DNA of 39,913 nucleotides from Clostridiales bacterium (GCA_020861055.1 JAJBTD010000046.1:1-39913); one strand, 5' to 3'. Positions 9,861 to 19,186 are shown, counted from the stretch's first letter. Notes: generated from the sequence alone by a model not told the origin. A program made the numbers and translations.

Positions 9861-10859
9861 TCAGGGAGCGACGAAACCGACCTTCTTATATACCTTTCGC
9901 AGCGTCTTGTTGGCGATATAGCCGGCCTTCTCTGCGCCGGCGCGATAGACGGATTCCAGATAGGCCCTGTCCTTGAGCAGCCGCTCCGTCTCCTCCCGGA
10001 TGGGGCGGCACATCTCCACCACGCTGTCGCCCACAGCGGTCTTGAAGGCCCCGTAGCCCTGACCGGCAAACTCCGCCTCGATCGTCTCGAAGCTCTTGCC
10101 CGTGGTGGCGGCGTAGATCTGCATCAGGTTGGAGATGCCCGGCTTGCTCACCGGGTCATAGCGGACGCAGGCCTCGCTGTCGGTGACGGCCCGCTTGAAC
10201 TTTTTGGCGATCACCGCCGGGTCCTCCAGCAGATAGACGCAGCCGTTGGGGTCCTGGTCGGACTTGGACATCTTGTTCTCCGGGCTGGTCAGACTCATGA
10301 CCCGCGCGCCCATCTTGGGGATATACGGCTCCGGCACCTTGAACACCGGGCCGTAGATGGCGTTGAACCGCTCTGCGATGTCACGGGTCAGCTCACAGTG
10401 CTGCTTCTGGTCCTCCCCCACCGGGACGTAGTCCGCCTGGTAGAGCAGGATGTCCGCCGCCATGAGGCAGGGATAGGTGAACAGTCCGGCGTTGATGTTC
10501 TCCGCGTGGGAGGCGCTCTTGGCCTTGAACTGGGTCATCCGGGACAGCTCGCCAAACATGGTGTAGCAGTCCAAAATCCAGCCCAGCTGGGCGTGGGCGG
10601 GAACGTGGCTCTGGATGAACAGGGTGTTCCGCTCCGGGTCAAGGCCGCAGGCGATATAGGCCGCCAGCTGGCTCACCGTCCGGCGGCGGAGGTCGGCGGG
10701 ATTCTGGCGCACGGTGATGGTGTGCATATCCGCCATGAAATAATAGCAGTCAAACTGGTCGGCCCGCTCGGCCCAGTTCTTGATCGCTCCCAAATAAGAG
10801 CCAAGCGTCAGCTCGCCGCTAGGCTGGATGCCGGAGAGCATAACACCCTTTTTTTCCAT
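9861..10859 (-). CDS. trpS: Tryptophan--tRNA ligase
   Basis: SGIQPSG..TLGSY (HIGH-like), VPVGEDQKQH, KMSKS; likely start MEKKG at 10859 after RBS AAGGA (the ORF track starts at 10940). Confidence 0.96.
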   Translation of the reverse strand: MEKKGVMLSGIQPSGELTLGSYLGAIKNWAERADQFDCYYFMADMHTITVRQNPADLRRRTVSQLAAYIACGLDPERNTLFIQSHVPAHAQLGWILDCYTMFGELSRMTQFKAKSASHAENINAGLFTYPCLMAADILLYQADYVPVGEDQKQHCELTRDIAERFNAIYGPVFKVPEPYIPKMGARVMSLTSPENKMSKSDQDPNGCVYLLEDPAVIAKKFKRAVTDSEACVRYDPVSKPGISNLMQIYAATTGKSFETIEAEFAGQGYGAFKTAVGDSVVEMCRPIREETERLLKDRAYLESVYRAGAEKAGYIANKTLRKVYKKVGFVAP

Positions 10860-10949
10860 CGAATCCACGTCCTTTGCTTGTAATCTATCCTGCCGGGGCG
10901 GCTCTGAACGGCTGTCCCCGGTGAAATGATCTTTCGACATGATATTCCG

Positions 10950-10978
10950 ATTATATCATACAGCGGTGCGGTTGGCAA
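10950..10978 (-). promoter_or_regulatory. Sigma-A promoter for trpS(-tagO)
   Basis: TTGCCA-17 bp-TATAAT with extended TG on the minus strand. Confidence 0.7.
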
Positions 10979-11152
10979 TCCTTTTCCTCCGCTGTCAGGG
11001 GAATTCGATTTGCGGTCCGGACCCGTCCGGCCCTCTTACAACGGACGAGCGCCTCATACCGGTTTTCCGTCGATTTCCCTGTTTTGTGGGTTTCTCTTTT
11101 TTCCCCTTTGTGCTATACTGGCCTTATTCCGATGGAAAAGGAGTGCATCGTC

Positions 11153-11992
11153 ATGAATTATGGTCCGCTTAACCGGGGCGTGCTGAAATCCCAGTCCAAG
11201 TTTCTGATGCGTCAGGTGTTCCCCGCCGCATGGATGATAGCGCTGGTCTATCTGCTGGCCACCGACTGGGTGTCCACCATCGTCGGCCTGGTCTATCCGG
11301 GAACGTCGGAGATCTCCGAGCTGTACGCCGATTTTCTCCTCGCCAGCTATGGGGACGATCTGACCGCTCTCTATCAGGCCTCCGCAGCCGTTCTCACCTG
11401 GTTCCGGAGCACCTCCGGGTATATTTTCATCTTTCTCACCATTATCCTGTCCCTGTACGGCACAGTGATGAGCTACGGCTATACCGGCTACGCCCTGGGG
11501 GTCGTCCGGGGAGAGCAGCCGGGCTATGGCGAGCTGTTTTCACGGTTTTACATGGCGGGAAAGATCATTCTCGCCACCGTGCTGGAGCTCTGCTATGTCT
11601 TTCTGTGGTCCCTGCTGTTCATCATTCCCGGCATTATCGCCTCCTATCGCTACCGGCTGGTGCCCTATTTCCTGCTGGACGACCCGGACATCTCCGTGAT
11701 GGAGGCCTTCCGGCGCAGTAAAGCCGCCATGAACGGCCGGAAGGGGGAGCTGTTCACCCTGGACCTCTCCTTCTTCCTGTGGGTCCTTGGGGCGAGCCTC
11801 CTGGTCGATGTCGTGGGGAATTTGTTCCTGAACAGCAGCGACGCCGTCTATTCCATCGTCACCACCGCCGTCAACACCCTCTGCTATCTGTTCCTTCTCC
11901 CCTATCAGGAGTTCACCTATGCCCAGTGGTATGTGGCCGTCTGTCCCGCGGAGCCGGCCGGTCAGAGCGATCAGCAGCCTCCCCAGTGGTAA
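11153..11992 (+). CDS. DUF975 family integral membrane protein
   Basis: LWSLLFIIPGIIASYRY..SKAAMNGRKGELFTLDLSF motif; ATG 11153 after AAGGAG; extended -10 TGCTATACT upstream. Confidence 0.85.
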   Translation: MNYGPLNRGVLKSQSKFLMRQVFPAAWMIALVYLLATDWVSTIVGLVYPGTSEISELYADFLLASYGDDLTALYQASAAVLTWFRSTSGYIFIFLTIILSLYGTVMSYGYTGYALGVVRGEQPGYGELFSRFYMAGKIILATVLELCYVFLWSLLFIIPGIIASYRYRLVPYFLLDDPDISVMEAFRRSKAAMNGRKGELFTLDLSFFLWVLGASLLVDVVGNLFLNSSDAVYSIVTTAVNTLCYLFLLPYQEFTYAQWYVAVCPAEPAGQSDQQPPQW

Positions 11993-11996
11993 GCTC

Positions 11997-12025
11997 TTGA
12001 CTTTCACACAGGAATGGGGTAAAGT
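11997..12025 (+). promoter_or_regulatory. Sigma-A promoter for tyrA
   Basis: TTGACT-17 bp-TAAAGT. Confidence 0.5.
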
Positions 12026-12060
12026 GTAGCAAACGAGAGGCCGCAGAGGAGGCGTCTGAT

Positions 12061-12930
12061 ATGCAACGGGAAAAGATCATTGCAGTGGTGGGCCTGGGGC
12101 TGATCGGCGGCTCCCTGGCCGCCGCCCTCCGGGGATTTGAGGATTATACCGTGGTGGGCGTTGTGCGCCGCCAGGAGACGGCGGACTACGCCGTGAGCCA
12201 TGAGGTATGCGACCGGGTGACCCTGGACCCCATGGAGGTGCTGCCGGAGGCGGACGTGGTCTGGCTGTGCATGAATCCTCAGGGCATTGTGGACTATATG
12301 GCCCGGTACCGGGACGTATTCCGGGCGGGCGCGCTGGTCACCGACGTAGGCGGCATTAAGACCGCCATTATGGAGGGGGCCGGCGTCCTGCCGGAGACGG
12401 TGGACTTTATCGGCTGCCACCCCATGGCGGGCACAGAGTTTTCCGGCATCGAGCACTCCTTCCCCACCATGTTCCAGCGGGCCCACTTTATTCTGACCCC
12501 CAGACCGTCCAGCACCCCGGAGCATATCGCCCTGATGCGGCGTGTCTCCGCCTACATCGGCTGCTCCGACGTGGTGACCACCACTCCGGAGCGGCACGAC
12601 GCCATCATCGCCTACACCAGTCAGCTCATGCACATCATCGCCGTCTCCGTCTGCGACGATGAGGAGCTGTTCCAGTGCCGTGGCTTTGAGGGCGGCTCCT
12701 TCCGGGACTGTACCCGCGTGGCGGCGCTGGATGTGGATCTGTGGACCCAGCTGTTCTCCATGAACGCCCCGGCCCTCACACGGGAGATCGACCGCCTGGT
12801 GCAGAATCTCTCCGCCTACCGGGACGCCATTGCGGGGGGCGACGTCCAGGCCCTGTCAGACAAGCTGACCTGGTCCGCCAACCGGAAGCGGCAGATGAAC
12901 CTGCCCGGACCGGGCCAGATCATGCTGTGA
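12061..12930 (+). CDS. tyrA: Prephenate/arogenate dehydrogenase
   Basis: GLGLIGGS Rossmann motif, DVGGIK, HPMAG, HD...TSQLMH, GSFRDCTRVA. Confidence 0.9.
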   Translation: MQREKIIAVVGLGLIGGSLAAALRGFEDYTVVGVVRRQETADYAVSHEVCDRVTLDPMEVLPEADVVWLCMNPQGIVDYMARYRDVFRAGALVTDVGGIKTAIMEGAGVLPETVDFIGCHPMAGTEFSGIEHSFPTMFQRAHFILTPRPSSTPEHIALMRRVSAYIGCSDVVTTTPERHDAIIAYTSQLMHIIAVSVCDDEELFQCRGFEGGSFRDCTRVAALDVDLWTQLFSMNAPALTREIDRLVQNLSAYRDAIAGGDVQALSDKLTWSANRKRQMNLPGPGQIML

Positions 12931-12940
12931 GAAATTCCTC

Positions 12941-12969
12941 TTGAAAATTCCGGGGAGACCCGGTATAAT
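12941..12969 (+). promoter_or_regulatory. Sigma-A promoter for tRNA-Pro
   Basis: TTGAAA-17 bp-TATAAT about 50 nt upstream of the tRNA. Confidence 0.8.
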
Positions 12970-13020
12970 GTGACCGTTCCGAAGCGGCGGCAAGCCGCCG
13001 TCTTTGGGACGGCAAACTGT

Positions 13021-13093
13021 CCGGGTATAGCGCAGTTGGTAGCGCGGGTGCTTTGGGAGCATCAGGCCGTGCGTTCGAGTCGCACTACTCGGA
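13021..13093 (+). tRNA. tRNA-Pro (anticodon UGG), CCA not encoded
   Basis: Cloverleaf: acceptor CCGGGTA/TACTCGG, D-arm GCGC/GCGC, anticodon stem GGTGC/GCATC with loop TT-TGG-GA, T-arm GTGCG-TTCGAGT-CGCAC, discriminator A. Confidence 0.93.
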
Positions 13094-13105
13094 TGAAATC
13101 TGACA

Positions 13106-13188
13106 AAGGCAACGCCGCACAGCCTCGGCAGCGTGACTGACGCAAAACATCGTCAGCCGCCGCAGCCGAGCCTGTGCGGCGTTGTCTT
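13106..13188. repeat. Long imperfect inverted repeat between the convergent tRNA-Pro and rarA genes
   Basis: AAGGCAACGCCGCACAG-c-CTCGGC..CTGACG / loop CAAAACAT / CGTCAG..GCCGAG-c-CTGTGCGGCGTTGTCTT. Confidence 0.75.
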
Positions 13189-13245
13189 ATGCCCCGGTCC
13201 CCCAGGCCTCCGGACGCACGCCGTCCGCCGGCCTGGGTGCGGCGC

Positions 13246-14511
13246 TCATTTGCCCTTGATCCGCTCCCAATAGGCTTTGGCGGCCTGCTCCTGCTTGTTC
13301 TCCCCGAACTCGTAGTAGCTCCGCCCCACAAGGGCGTCCGGGAGATACTGCTGCTCCACCCAATGGTTCGGGTAGTCGTGGGGGTAGAGATAGCCCTGCT
13401 CCCGCTCCATGCCCGCGCTGTCGGCGTGGACGTTTTGCAGGTGGCGGGGGTAGTCCCCCGTCCTGCCCGCCTCCACGTCGGACATGGCGGCGGAGATGCC
13501 CTTGTAAACGCTGTTGGACTTGGGAGCCGTGGCCAGCAGCACCACCGCCTGGGCCAGAGGCAGCCGGGCCTCCGGCAGTCCCAGCATATTGGCGTTTTCC
13601 ACGCAGGCGTTGACGATGGACACCGCCTGGGGGTAGGCCATGCCCACGTCCTCGCTGGCGGAGCAGAGGATGCGCCGGATGGCGGTCACCATGTCCCCCG
13701 CCTCCAGCAGCCGGGCCAGATAGTGGAGGGCGGCGTCCGGGTCGGAGCCCCGCATGGATTTCATGAGGGCCGAGGCGATGTCGAAGTGGTCGTCCCCCGC
13801 CCGGTCGTAGCGCATGGCGGAGCGCTGGGCCAGCATTTGGGCGTCCTCCAGCGTCAGGGTGATCTTCCCCCCTGTGGAGCGGGCGGCGTTCACCTGAAGC
13901 TCCACCGAGTTCACCGCCTTGCGCACGTCCCCGCCGCAGGCGGCGGCGATGTGGTCCACCACTTCGGGAGGACATTCGATCTCCACCCCGCGCCGTTTCG
14001 CCAGCAGCGCCACCGCCCGCTCCACTGCCGGGCGCACCTCCTCCGCCGTCACCGGCTTGAACTCAAAGACGGTGGACCGGCTGAGCACCGCGTTATAGAC
14101 GTAGAAGTACGGGTTCTCCGTGGTGGAGGCGATGAGGGTGATCTTGCCGTTTTCCATGAACTCCAGCAGGGACTGCTGCTGCTTCTTGTTGAAATACTGG
14201 ATCTCGTCTAAATACAGGAGGACGCCGTTGGGCGCCATGAGGGTGTCCACGTCAGCGATGACCTCCTTGATGTCGCTGATGGTGGCGGTGGTGGCGTTGA
14301 GCCGGTGGAGGGTACGGTCCGTCCGCCGGGCGATGATGTTGGCCACCGTGGTCTTTCCCGTTCCGGAGGGGCCGTAAAAGACCATATTGGGGATGTTCCC
14401 GCTCTCGATGATGCGGCGCAGGATGCCGTTCTCCCCCAGGATGTGCCGCTGGCCCACCATCTCGTCCAGGGTCTGGGGGCGTATCTCATCCGCCAGTGGG
14501 CGGTTTGCCAT
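13246..14511 (-). CDS. rarA: Replication-associated recombination protein A (RarA/MgsA)
   Basis: PLADEIRP, GPSGTGKT, LDEI, STTENPYF, KSMRGSDPDAAL, YLYPHDYP. Confidence 0.95.
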   Translation of the reverse strand: MANRPLADEIRPQTLDEMVGQRHILGENGILRRIIESGNIPNMVFYGPSGTGKTTVANIIARRTDRTLHRLNATTATISDIKEVIADVDTLMAPNGVLLYLDEIQYFNKKQQQSLLEFMENGKITLIASTTENPYFYVYNAVLSRSTVFEFKPVTAEEVRPAVERAVALLAKRRGVEIECPPEVVDHIAAACGGDVRKAVNSVELQVNAARSTGGKITLTLEDAQMLAQRSAMRYDRAGDDHFDIASALMKSMRGSDPDAALHYLARLLEAGDMVTAIRRILCSASEDVGMAYPQAVSIVNACVENANMLGLPEARLPLAQAVVLLATAPKSNSVYKGISAAMSDVEAGRTGDYPRHLQNVHADSAGMEREQGYLYPHDYPNHWVEQQYLPDALVGRSYYEFGENKQEQAAKAYWERIKGK

Positions 14512-14517
14512 AGGTGC

Positions 14518-15771
14518 TCATCTCCCCTTGATTTTTCTGCCGTCGGAATAGACCGCCGTGATCTGTTCCCTCTTGGCCCGGTAAATGGCCCGCTCCAGCC
14601 GCAGGGGCAGCTCCATCTCCCCCTTTGGACCCAGGGTGCTGTCGTCCACCACCACGGCGTGGAGCCGGTCGCCCACGGCGAAGCCGTCTCCCGCCCCGAA
14701 GTAGCGGTGTCCCGCGGTCGTCCCCAGATAGTAGGCCTCGGCTGCGCTCAGGGGCGCGTCCCCGGCCGTCATGTACCGCACCTTGGAGGTGCGCACAGCG
14801 CTGGACATGACCTCCAGCATGGGGAGATGGTCCCCTCCGGCGATGTCGGAGCCAAGGGCCACCCAGACCCCCTCCTCCAGCATCCGCCGCACCGGGGCGA
14901 TGCCGCTGCACACGTTGGTGTTGGAGTCCGGACAGTGGACCGCCAGGACATTGGCGTCTCTCATGGCCCGCCGCTCCGTCCCGTCGCTGTAGACGCAGTG
15001 GGCCATGACGGTGTGATCCTTCCACAGACCGTATTTGGCGTAAGTCTCCCAGTAGCGCTGGCAGTCCGGGTGCAGCTGAGACACCCAGGCCAGCTCGTTG
15101 GTGTTCTCGGACAGATGGGACTGGACATACAGCCCCCGCTCCCCTGCCAGCTCTCCCAGCCAGGCCATCAGCTCGTCGGTGCAGCTGGGGGTGAAGCGGG
15201 GGGTGAGGATGGGTCTGATGCGGGAGAAGCGCCCGCACCCCTCCAGCCAGCGGAGGGTCTCCCGTTTGGACTGCTCCGTGGTCTCCTGGAGCACCGGGGA
15301 GCCGTTGCGGTCCATGTTCACCTTGCCCACATAGCCGGTGACGCCCGCCCGCTCCAGGGCCTCCATCAGCAGCCAGGTCCCCTCCGTGTGGAGGGAGGAG
15401 AACATGACCACCCGCGTCGTGCCGTTGGCCACCAGCTCCGCCGCCAGCATGGCATAGACCTCCCTGGCATAGTCCGGGTCGGCAAAACGGCTCTCCGTGG
15501 GAAAGGCGTAGCGGTTCAGCCACTCCAGCAGCGGAACGTCCATACAGGTCCCCAGCAGAGGATACTGGGGGCCGTGGAGGTGCATATCCGCAAAGGACTG
15601 TAAGATCAGGCAGTCGCCGTAGTCGGTCACCGGCAGCTCCGCGCCCTCTGGCAGCGTCTCCAGCACCTCCCGGATGACGCCGTCCTCCAGCACCAGACAG
15701 CCCCCCGGCAGGCAGCGCAGCTCCCCCAGAGCGGGGGCGTCGATGATATTCCCTCGAATGATCTCTTTCAT
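14518..15771 (-). CDS. guaD: Guanine deaminase (amidohydrolase family)
   Basis: DMHLHGPQ, LLEWL..Y.FPTE, TPRFTPSC, QSHLSE, LGSDIAGG; likely start MKEIIRG at 15771. Confidence 0.85.
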   Translation of the reverse strand: MKEIIRGNIIDAPALGELRCLPGGCLVLEDGVIREVLETLPEGAELPVTDYGDCLILQSFADMHLHGPQYPLLGTCMDVPLLEWLNRYAFPTESRFADPDYAREVYAMLAAELVANGTTRVVMFSSLHTEGTWLLMEALERAGVTGYVGKVNMDRNGSPVLQETTEQSKRETLRWLEGCGRFSRIRPILTPRFTPSCTDELMAWLGELAGERGLYVQSHLSENTNELAWVSQLHPDCQRYWETYAKYGLWKDHTVMAHCVYSDGTERRAMRDANVLAVHCPDSNTNVCSGIAPVRRMLEEGVWVALGSDIAGGDHLPMLEVMSSAVRTSKVRYMTAGDAPLSAAEAYYLGTTAGHRYFGAGDGFAVGDRLHAVVVDDSTLGPKGEMELPLRLERAIYRAKREQITAVYSDGRKIKGR

Positions 15772-15819
15772 AGCGATGTCTCCAAATACCGCCTCACGGC
15801 GCAGTTGATCGTTGGTTAC

Positions 15820-15847
15820 AGTATAGCAGTTTTGAATCAAATGTCAA
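15820..15847 (-). promoter_or_regulatory. Sigma-A promoter for guaD-rarA
   Basis: TTGACA-16 bp-TATACT on the minus strand. Confidence 0.65.
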
Positions 15848-15887
15848 TTTGACCGGCGTTCCGGGTTTGCGCCCGCTCATACAAGCA

Positions 15888-15927
15888 AGCACGGCGGGGC
15901 CTGGTAGGTTCCAGGCCCCGCCGTGCT
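15888..15927 (-). terminator. Stem-loop terminator after the small 56-aa gene
   Basis: Perfect 17-bp stem AGCACGGCGGGGCCTGG/CCAGGCCCCGCCGTGCT with a 6-nt loop. Confidence 0.7.
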
Positions 15928-15954
15928 GCGCGCATCGGTCAGTGGGATAAGCTC

Positions 15955-16125
15955 TTAAAGCCCCATGGCGTCGGCAACGTGGTCCATGACCTCGGTCATC
16001 GCCTTGAGCGCTCTCCCGGCAGGGGAGCGCTTGATACAGCGGGGCTTCGGCGACAGGGACATGGCAAGGGCAGCGCCCACAGCCACGCCTACGCCAACGC
16101 CGCTGAGAAACTTTGAGCAATTCAT
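15955..16125 (-). CDS. Small single-TM protein, 56 aa (absent from the ORF track)
   Basis: MNCSKFLSGVGVGVAVGAALAMSLSPKPRCIKRSPAGRALKAMTEVMDHVADAMGL*; strong RBS GAAAGGAGG; followed by its own terminator. Confidence 0.8.
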   Translation of the reverse strand: MNCSKFLSGVGVGVAVGAALAMSLSPKPRCIKRSPAGRALKAMTEVMDHVADAMGL

Positions 16126-16273
16126 TCCGGCTCGCCTCCTTTCGCCGGATAGTTTGCCCCGGCTGCGGCGAGCCCACCCTGAGAAATTCCGGGAATCCGC
16201 CGTGAAACGCCCCCTCAGAGGGCTTTTTCACAGTATGTTCCGGAGGCGACAATGAAATGATGCGGGAAAGCGT

Positions 16274-17938
16274 TCAGCTTCTTCTCAATTTGCCCAGCTT
16301 TTGGTCCTCCGCCGCCTGGGCCTTCATGACGTTGTGCTGCTTCTTCCCTGTGGCGGTATAGGGCAGCTTGTCCACAATGCGATAGTACCGGGGCTTTTTG
16401 TAGGCGGAGAGCATCTCGCTCTCTGCGGCGAACTCCACCAGGTCCCGGACGGTGAGCTTCGGGTCGGAGGCCTTGACGTAGGCCACCACCGCCTGGCCCC
16501 GGACGGGGTCGGGTACTGCCGTGACCACGGTGTCCTCCACTCCAGGGCAGCCGCTGAACACCTCCTCCACCTGGGAGGGATAGATGTTCTCCCCGGAGGA
16601 GATGATCATGTCGTCCTTCCGGCCGCTGACGGTGACGAAGCAATCCTTGTCCCAGGTACCCAGGTCGCCGGTATACATCCAGCCCCGATAGAATTTTTCC
16701 CGCTCCATATCCGGGTTGTCGTAGTAGCTGTAGGTGCTCTTGGCCGGGGACCAGAGGATGATCTCTCCCACCGTCTCTCCGTCCTGGGGCACCGTGTCCT
16801 CCGGCTCCGCCCGTCCGTTTTCGCATAGCCGCACCACCCGCACCTCATCGTCGATGCAGCTCCGTCCCGCCGTTCCCGCGTGGTCCGGCAGGTCATAGGG
16901 GCGGAGGAAGGTGTTCCACAGCGTCTCGGTGGTACCGTAGCCGTTGAAGATATTGGGGGTCAGCGTTTTCAAATAGTGGATGCAGGCTTCCTTTTCAAAG
17001 GGCGCGCCCATGGTGACCAGGCCCTTTACATGGCTCAGGTCCACCGGGCTTTTCTCCTGGGTGCGGGCCAGCATCTCCAGAGAGGAGGGCGCCCCCATCA
17101 GGAAGGTGACCTTGTACCGCTCGGCCCACAGGAGGCTCTGCTTCGGCATAAACACCCGCATGGTCAGCACCGTCGCCCCCACATAGAAGGCCGGACAGGG
17201 GCCGCCCACATGGCAGCCGCCCCGATGGAACCAGGGGGTCATGTTCAGGCAGACATCGTAGGCGTTCAGGGGATAGTGCATAATGATGTCGTGGGCGGAG
17301 AGCACCTCGTTGATATCGTTCACCGGCGCGCATTTGGGCAGGGCCGTGGTGCCGGAGGTACACAGACGCAGCACCTCATCATAGATGTGGGGCCGCACCG
17401 TCATCACCGGGTCCGTCTCCGGCTGGCCGCTCAGGTAGTCCCGGTAGTCCACATGGCCGGGATGGGGCGTCTCATTTTTCAGATTGTCCGCCATAATGAA
17501 CCGGGCGGGCTTCCAGGAGGACAGCTCCTCCGCCTTTTCCACCGTCTTGCGCACCTCGGCAGAGTAGATCACCGCTTTGGGGCGGTTGTGCTCCAGCAGC
17601 AGGGCGATCTCCCCCGGCGACAGGTTGTAGTTGACAGGGTTAAGGATCGCCCCCACCTTCCGGGGGGCCACATAGCTCACCCCGAATTCCGGGCAGTTGA
17701 GCAGCACGCACATGACCACGTCGTTTTTTCCCACTCCGTCCGCCGCCAGCGCGTGGGCGAACCGGTTGGCCTCCCGGTTCAGCTCTTCATAGGTCCAGGT
17801 CCGCTGGGTCAGGGGGTCGATCATGGCCTCCTTGCCGCCATAGCGACGCACGTTGCGGAGAAAACCGTTGAGCCAGGTGTATTCATGCTCAAAGGTGTCG
17901 ATAAGCATCTCGTCATTGTAGGTTCGCTGCACAGACAT
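16274..17938 (-). CDS. AMP-binding acyl-CoA synthetase (class I adenylate-forming enzyme)
   Basis: TSGTTALPK, GYGTTE, YTGDLG, GRKDDMIISSGENIYP, TATGK; likely start MSVQRTY at 17938 after AAGGG. Confidence 0.9.
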   Translation of the reverse strand: MSVQRTYNDEMLIDTFEHEYTWLNGFLRNVRRYGGKEAMIDPLTQRTWTYEELNREANRFAHALAADGVGKNDVVMCVLLNCPEFGVSYVAPRKVGAILNPVNYNLSPGEIALLLEHNRPKAVIYSAEVRKTVEKAEELSSWKPARFIMADNLKNETPHPGHVDYRDYLSGQPETDPVMTVRPHIYDEVLRLCTSGTTALPKCAPVNDINEVLSAHDIIMHYPLNAYDVCLNMTPWFHRGGCHVGGPCPAFYVGATVLTMRVFMPKQSLLWAERYKVTFLMGAPSSLEMLARTQEKSPVDLSHVKGLVTMGAPFEKEACIHYLKTLTPNIFNGYGTTETLWNTFLRPYDLPDHAGTAGRSCIDDEVRVVRLCENGRAEPEDTVPQDGETVGEIILWSPAKSTYSYYDNPDMEREKFYRGWMYTGDLGTWDKDCFVTVSGRKDDMIISSGENIYPSQVEEVFSGCPGVEDTVVTAVPDPVRGQAVVAYVKASDPKLTVRDLVEFAAESEMLSAYKKPRYYRIVDKLPYTATGKKQHNVMKAQAAEDQKLGKLRRS

Positions 17939-18019
17939 GGCTAATCCCTTCTTATTATATTCGTACTCATTTTCCCACAAAAGGTTTGCTTCCATTCTGA
18001 ATTTATGACGATAAGCGTA

Positions 18020-18133
18020 ATTATACGCCATTTCCGTCCGCTGTCAAGAGGATTGCGGGGCGGCCTTTATATTTTGTCCTCCCCGTCATCTCGTTTTCAA
18101 AAACATACTATCACGTTTTTATGCCAATGTCAA
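18020..18133 (-). promoter_or_regulatory. Tandem sigma-A promoters for the acyl-CoA synthetase
   Basis: TTGACA-16-TATAAT (18047..18020) and TTGACA-17-TAGTAT (18133..18105). Confidence 0.55.
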
Positions 18134-18152
18134 GCAGTTCGCCGCAATGTGC

Positions 18153-18190
18153 AAAAAGCTCCTCAGAACCGGCAAGCGGCCCTGAGGAGC
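18153..18190 (-). terminator. Rho-independent terminator after rbr-dabb
   Basis: GCTCCTCAG/CTGAGGAGC stem followed by TTTTT on the minus strand. Confidence 0.7.
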
Positions 18191-18207
18191 ATACTGATAC
18201 AGTTGTC

Positions 18208-18498
18208 TTAGAGCAGAACGTCCACGGCTACGCTGGCGCAGGACGCCTCGCCCATGTACTTTTTTACCACCCCGGCGTGGTAGGGGTCGTTCTGGTACTC
18301 GTCCAGCACCTCCGGCCCGTCCAGCAGGACTTCCAGGATAATGTCATAGGAGCGGGGCGAGTGGAGAAAGTCCACGCCCACCGAGATGTCCCGGATGGTA
18401 GGGACCTTTCCTTTCATGGAGAGGATCAGCTCCTTCGCCCGGCTGACATTTTCCGGGCTGTTGTCTGTGAGCTTAAAGCAGACGACGTGCTTCATCAT
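18208..18498 (-). CDS. Dabb family stress-responsive alpha/beta barrel protein
   Basis: MKHVVCFKL..MKGKVPTI..VGVD..RSYD..YQNDPYH. Confidence 0.88.
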   Translation of the reverse strand: MMKHVVCFKLTDNSPENVSRAKELILSMKGKVPTIRDISVGVDFLHSPRSYDIILEVLLDGPEVLDEYQNDPYHAGVVKKYMGEASCASVAVDVLL

Positions 18499-18521
18499 GG
18501 CGATGCAGTCTCCTTTGCGGC

Positions 18522-19055
18522 TTAGTAGTTCTCCGCCCGGACCTCAAAATAGCTCTGGGGATGTCCGCAGACGGGGCAGATCTGGGGGGCCTTTTTGCCC
18601 ACCACCAGGTGGCCGCAGTTGCGGCACTCCCACATGGTCAGCTCGCCCTTTTCAAACACCTGCTGCATTTCCACATTGTGGAGCAGGGCCAGATAGCGCT
18701 CCTCATGGGTCTTTTCAATGGCGGCCACCATACGGAACTTGGCGGCCAGCTGCTTGAAGCCCTCCTCCTCTGCCACCTGGGCAAATTCGGCGTACATGGT
18801 CGTCCACTCATAGTTCTCGCCCTCGGCGGCGCTTTTCAGGTTCTCCGCCGTATTGCCGATGCCGCCCAGCTCCTTGAACCACATCTTTGCGTGCTCTTTC
18901 TCGTTGTCCGCCGTCTTCTGGAAAATGGCCGCCAGCTGTTCATAGCCCTCTTTCTTCGCCACGGAGGCGAAATAGGTGTACTTATTCCGGGCCTCGCTCT
19001 CGCCGGCAAAGGCGGTTTTCAGATTCTGCTCTGTTCTGCTGCCCTTTAATTCCAT
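18522..19055 (-). CDS. rbr: Rubrerythrin
   Basis: [25 protein letters not shown] diiron motifs plus C-terminal CRNCG/CPVCG rubredoxin domain. Confidence 0.96.
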   Translation of the reverse strand: MELKGSRTEQNLKTAFAGESEARNKYTYFASVAKKEGYEQLAAIFQKTADNEKEHAKMWFKELGGIGNTAENLKSAAEGENYEWTTMYAEFAQVAEEEGFKQLAAKFRMVAAIEKTHEERYLALLHNVEMQQVFEKGELTMWECRNCGHLVVGKKAPQICPVCGHPQSYFEVRAENY

Positions 19056-19125
19056 AACGGTACCTCCTTAGCAGATGGTAAGAATGGTGGCGCCAATGTC
19101 GCATGGCACATCTGCTTCCGTCATC

Positions 19126-19154
19126 AGCTTATCACCTTTTCCCCTTTTTGTCAA
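19126..19154 (-). promoter_or_regulatory. Sigma-A promoter for rbr
   Basis: TTGACA-17 bp-TAAGCT with extended TG. Confidence 0.6.
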
Positions 19155-19186
19155 TGTCCCTGCTTATCTCCCGGCGCCAGGCCCGC

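Noticed and set aside
13021-13093. tRNA-Pro as an integration site for the accessory region
   Set aside because: Flanked by core genes, with no duplicated tRNA 3' end or tyrosine integrase seen in the window
15772-15900. Possible purine riboswitch upstream of guaD
   Set aside because: The promoter leaves only about 40 nt of leader and the conserved aptamer core is not visible
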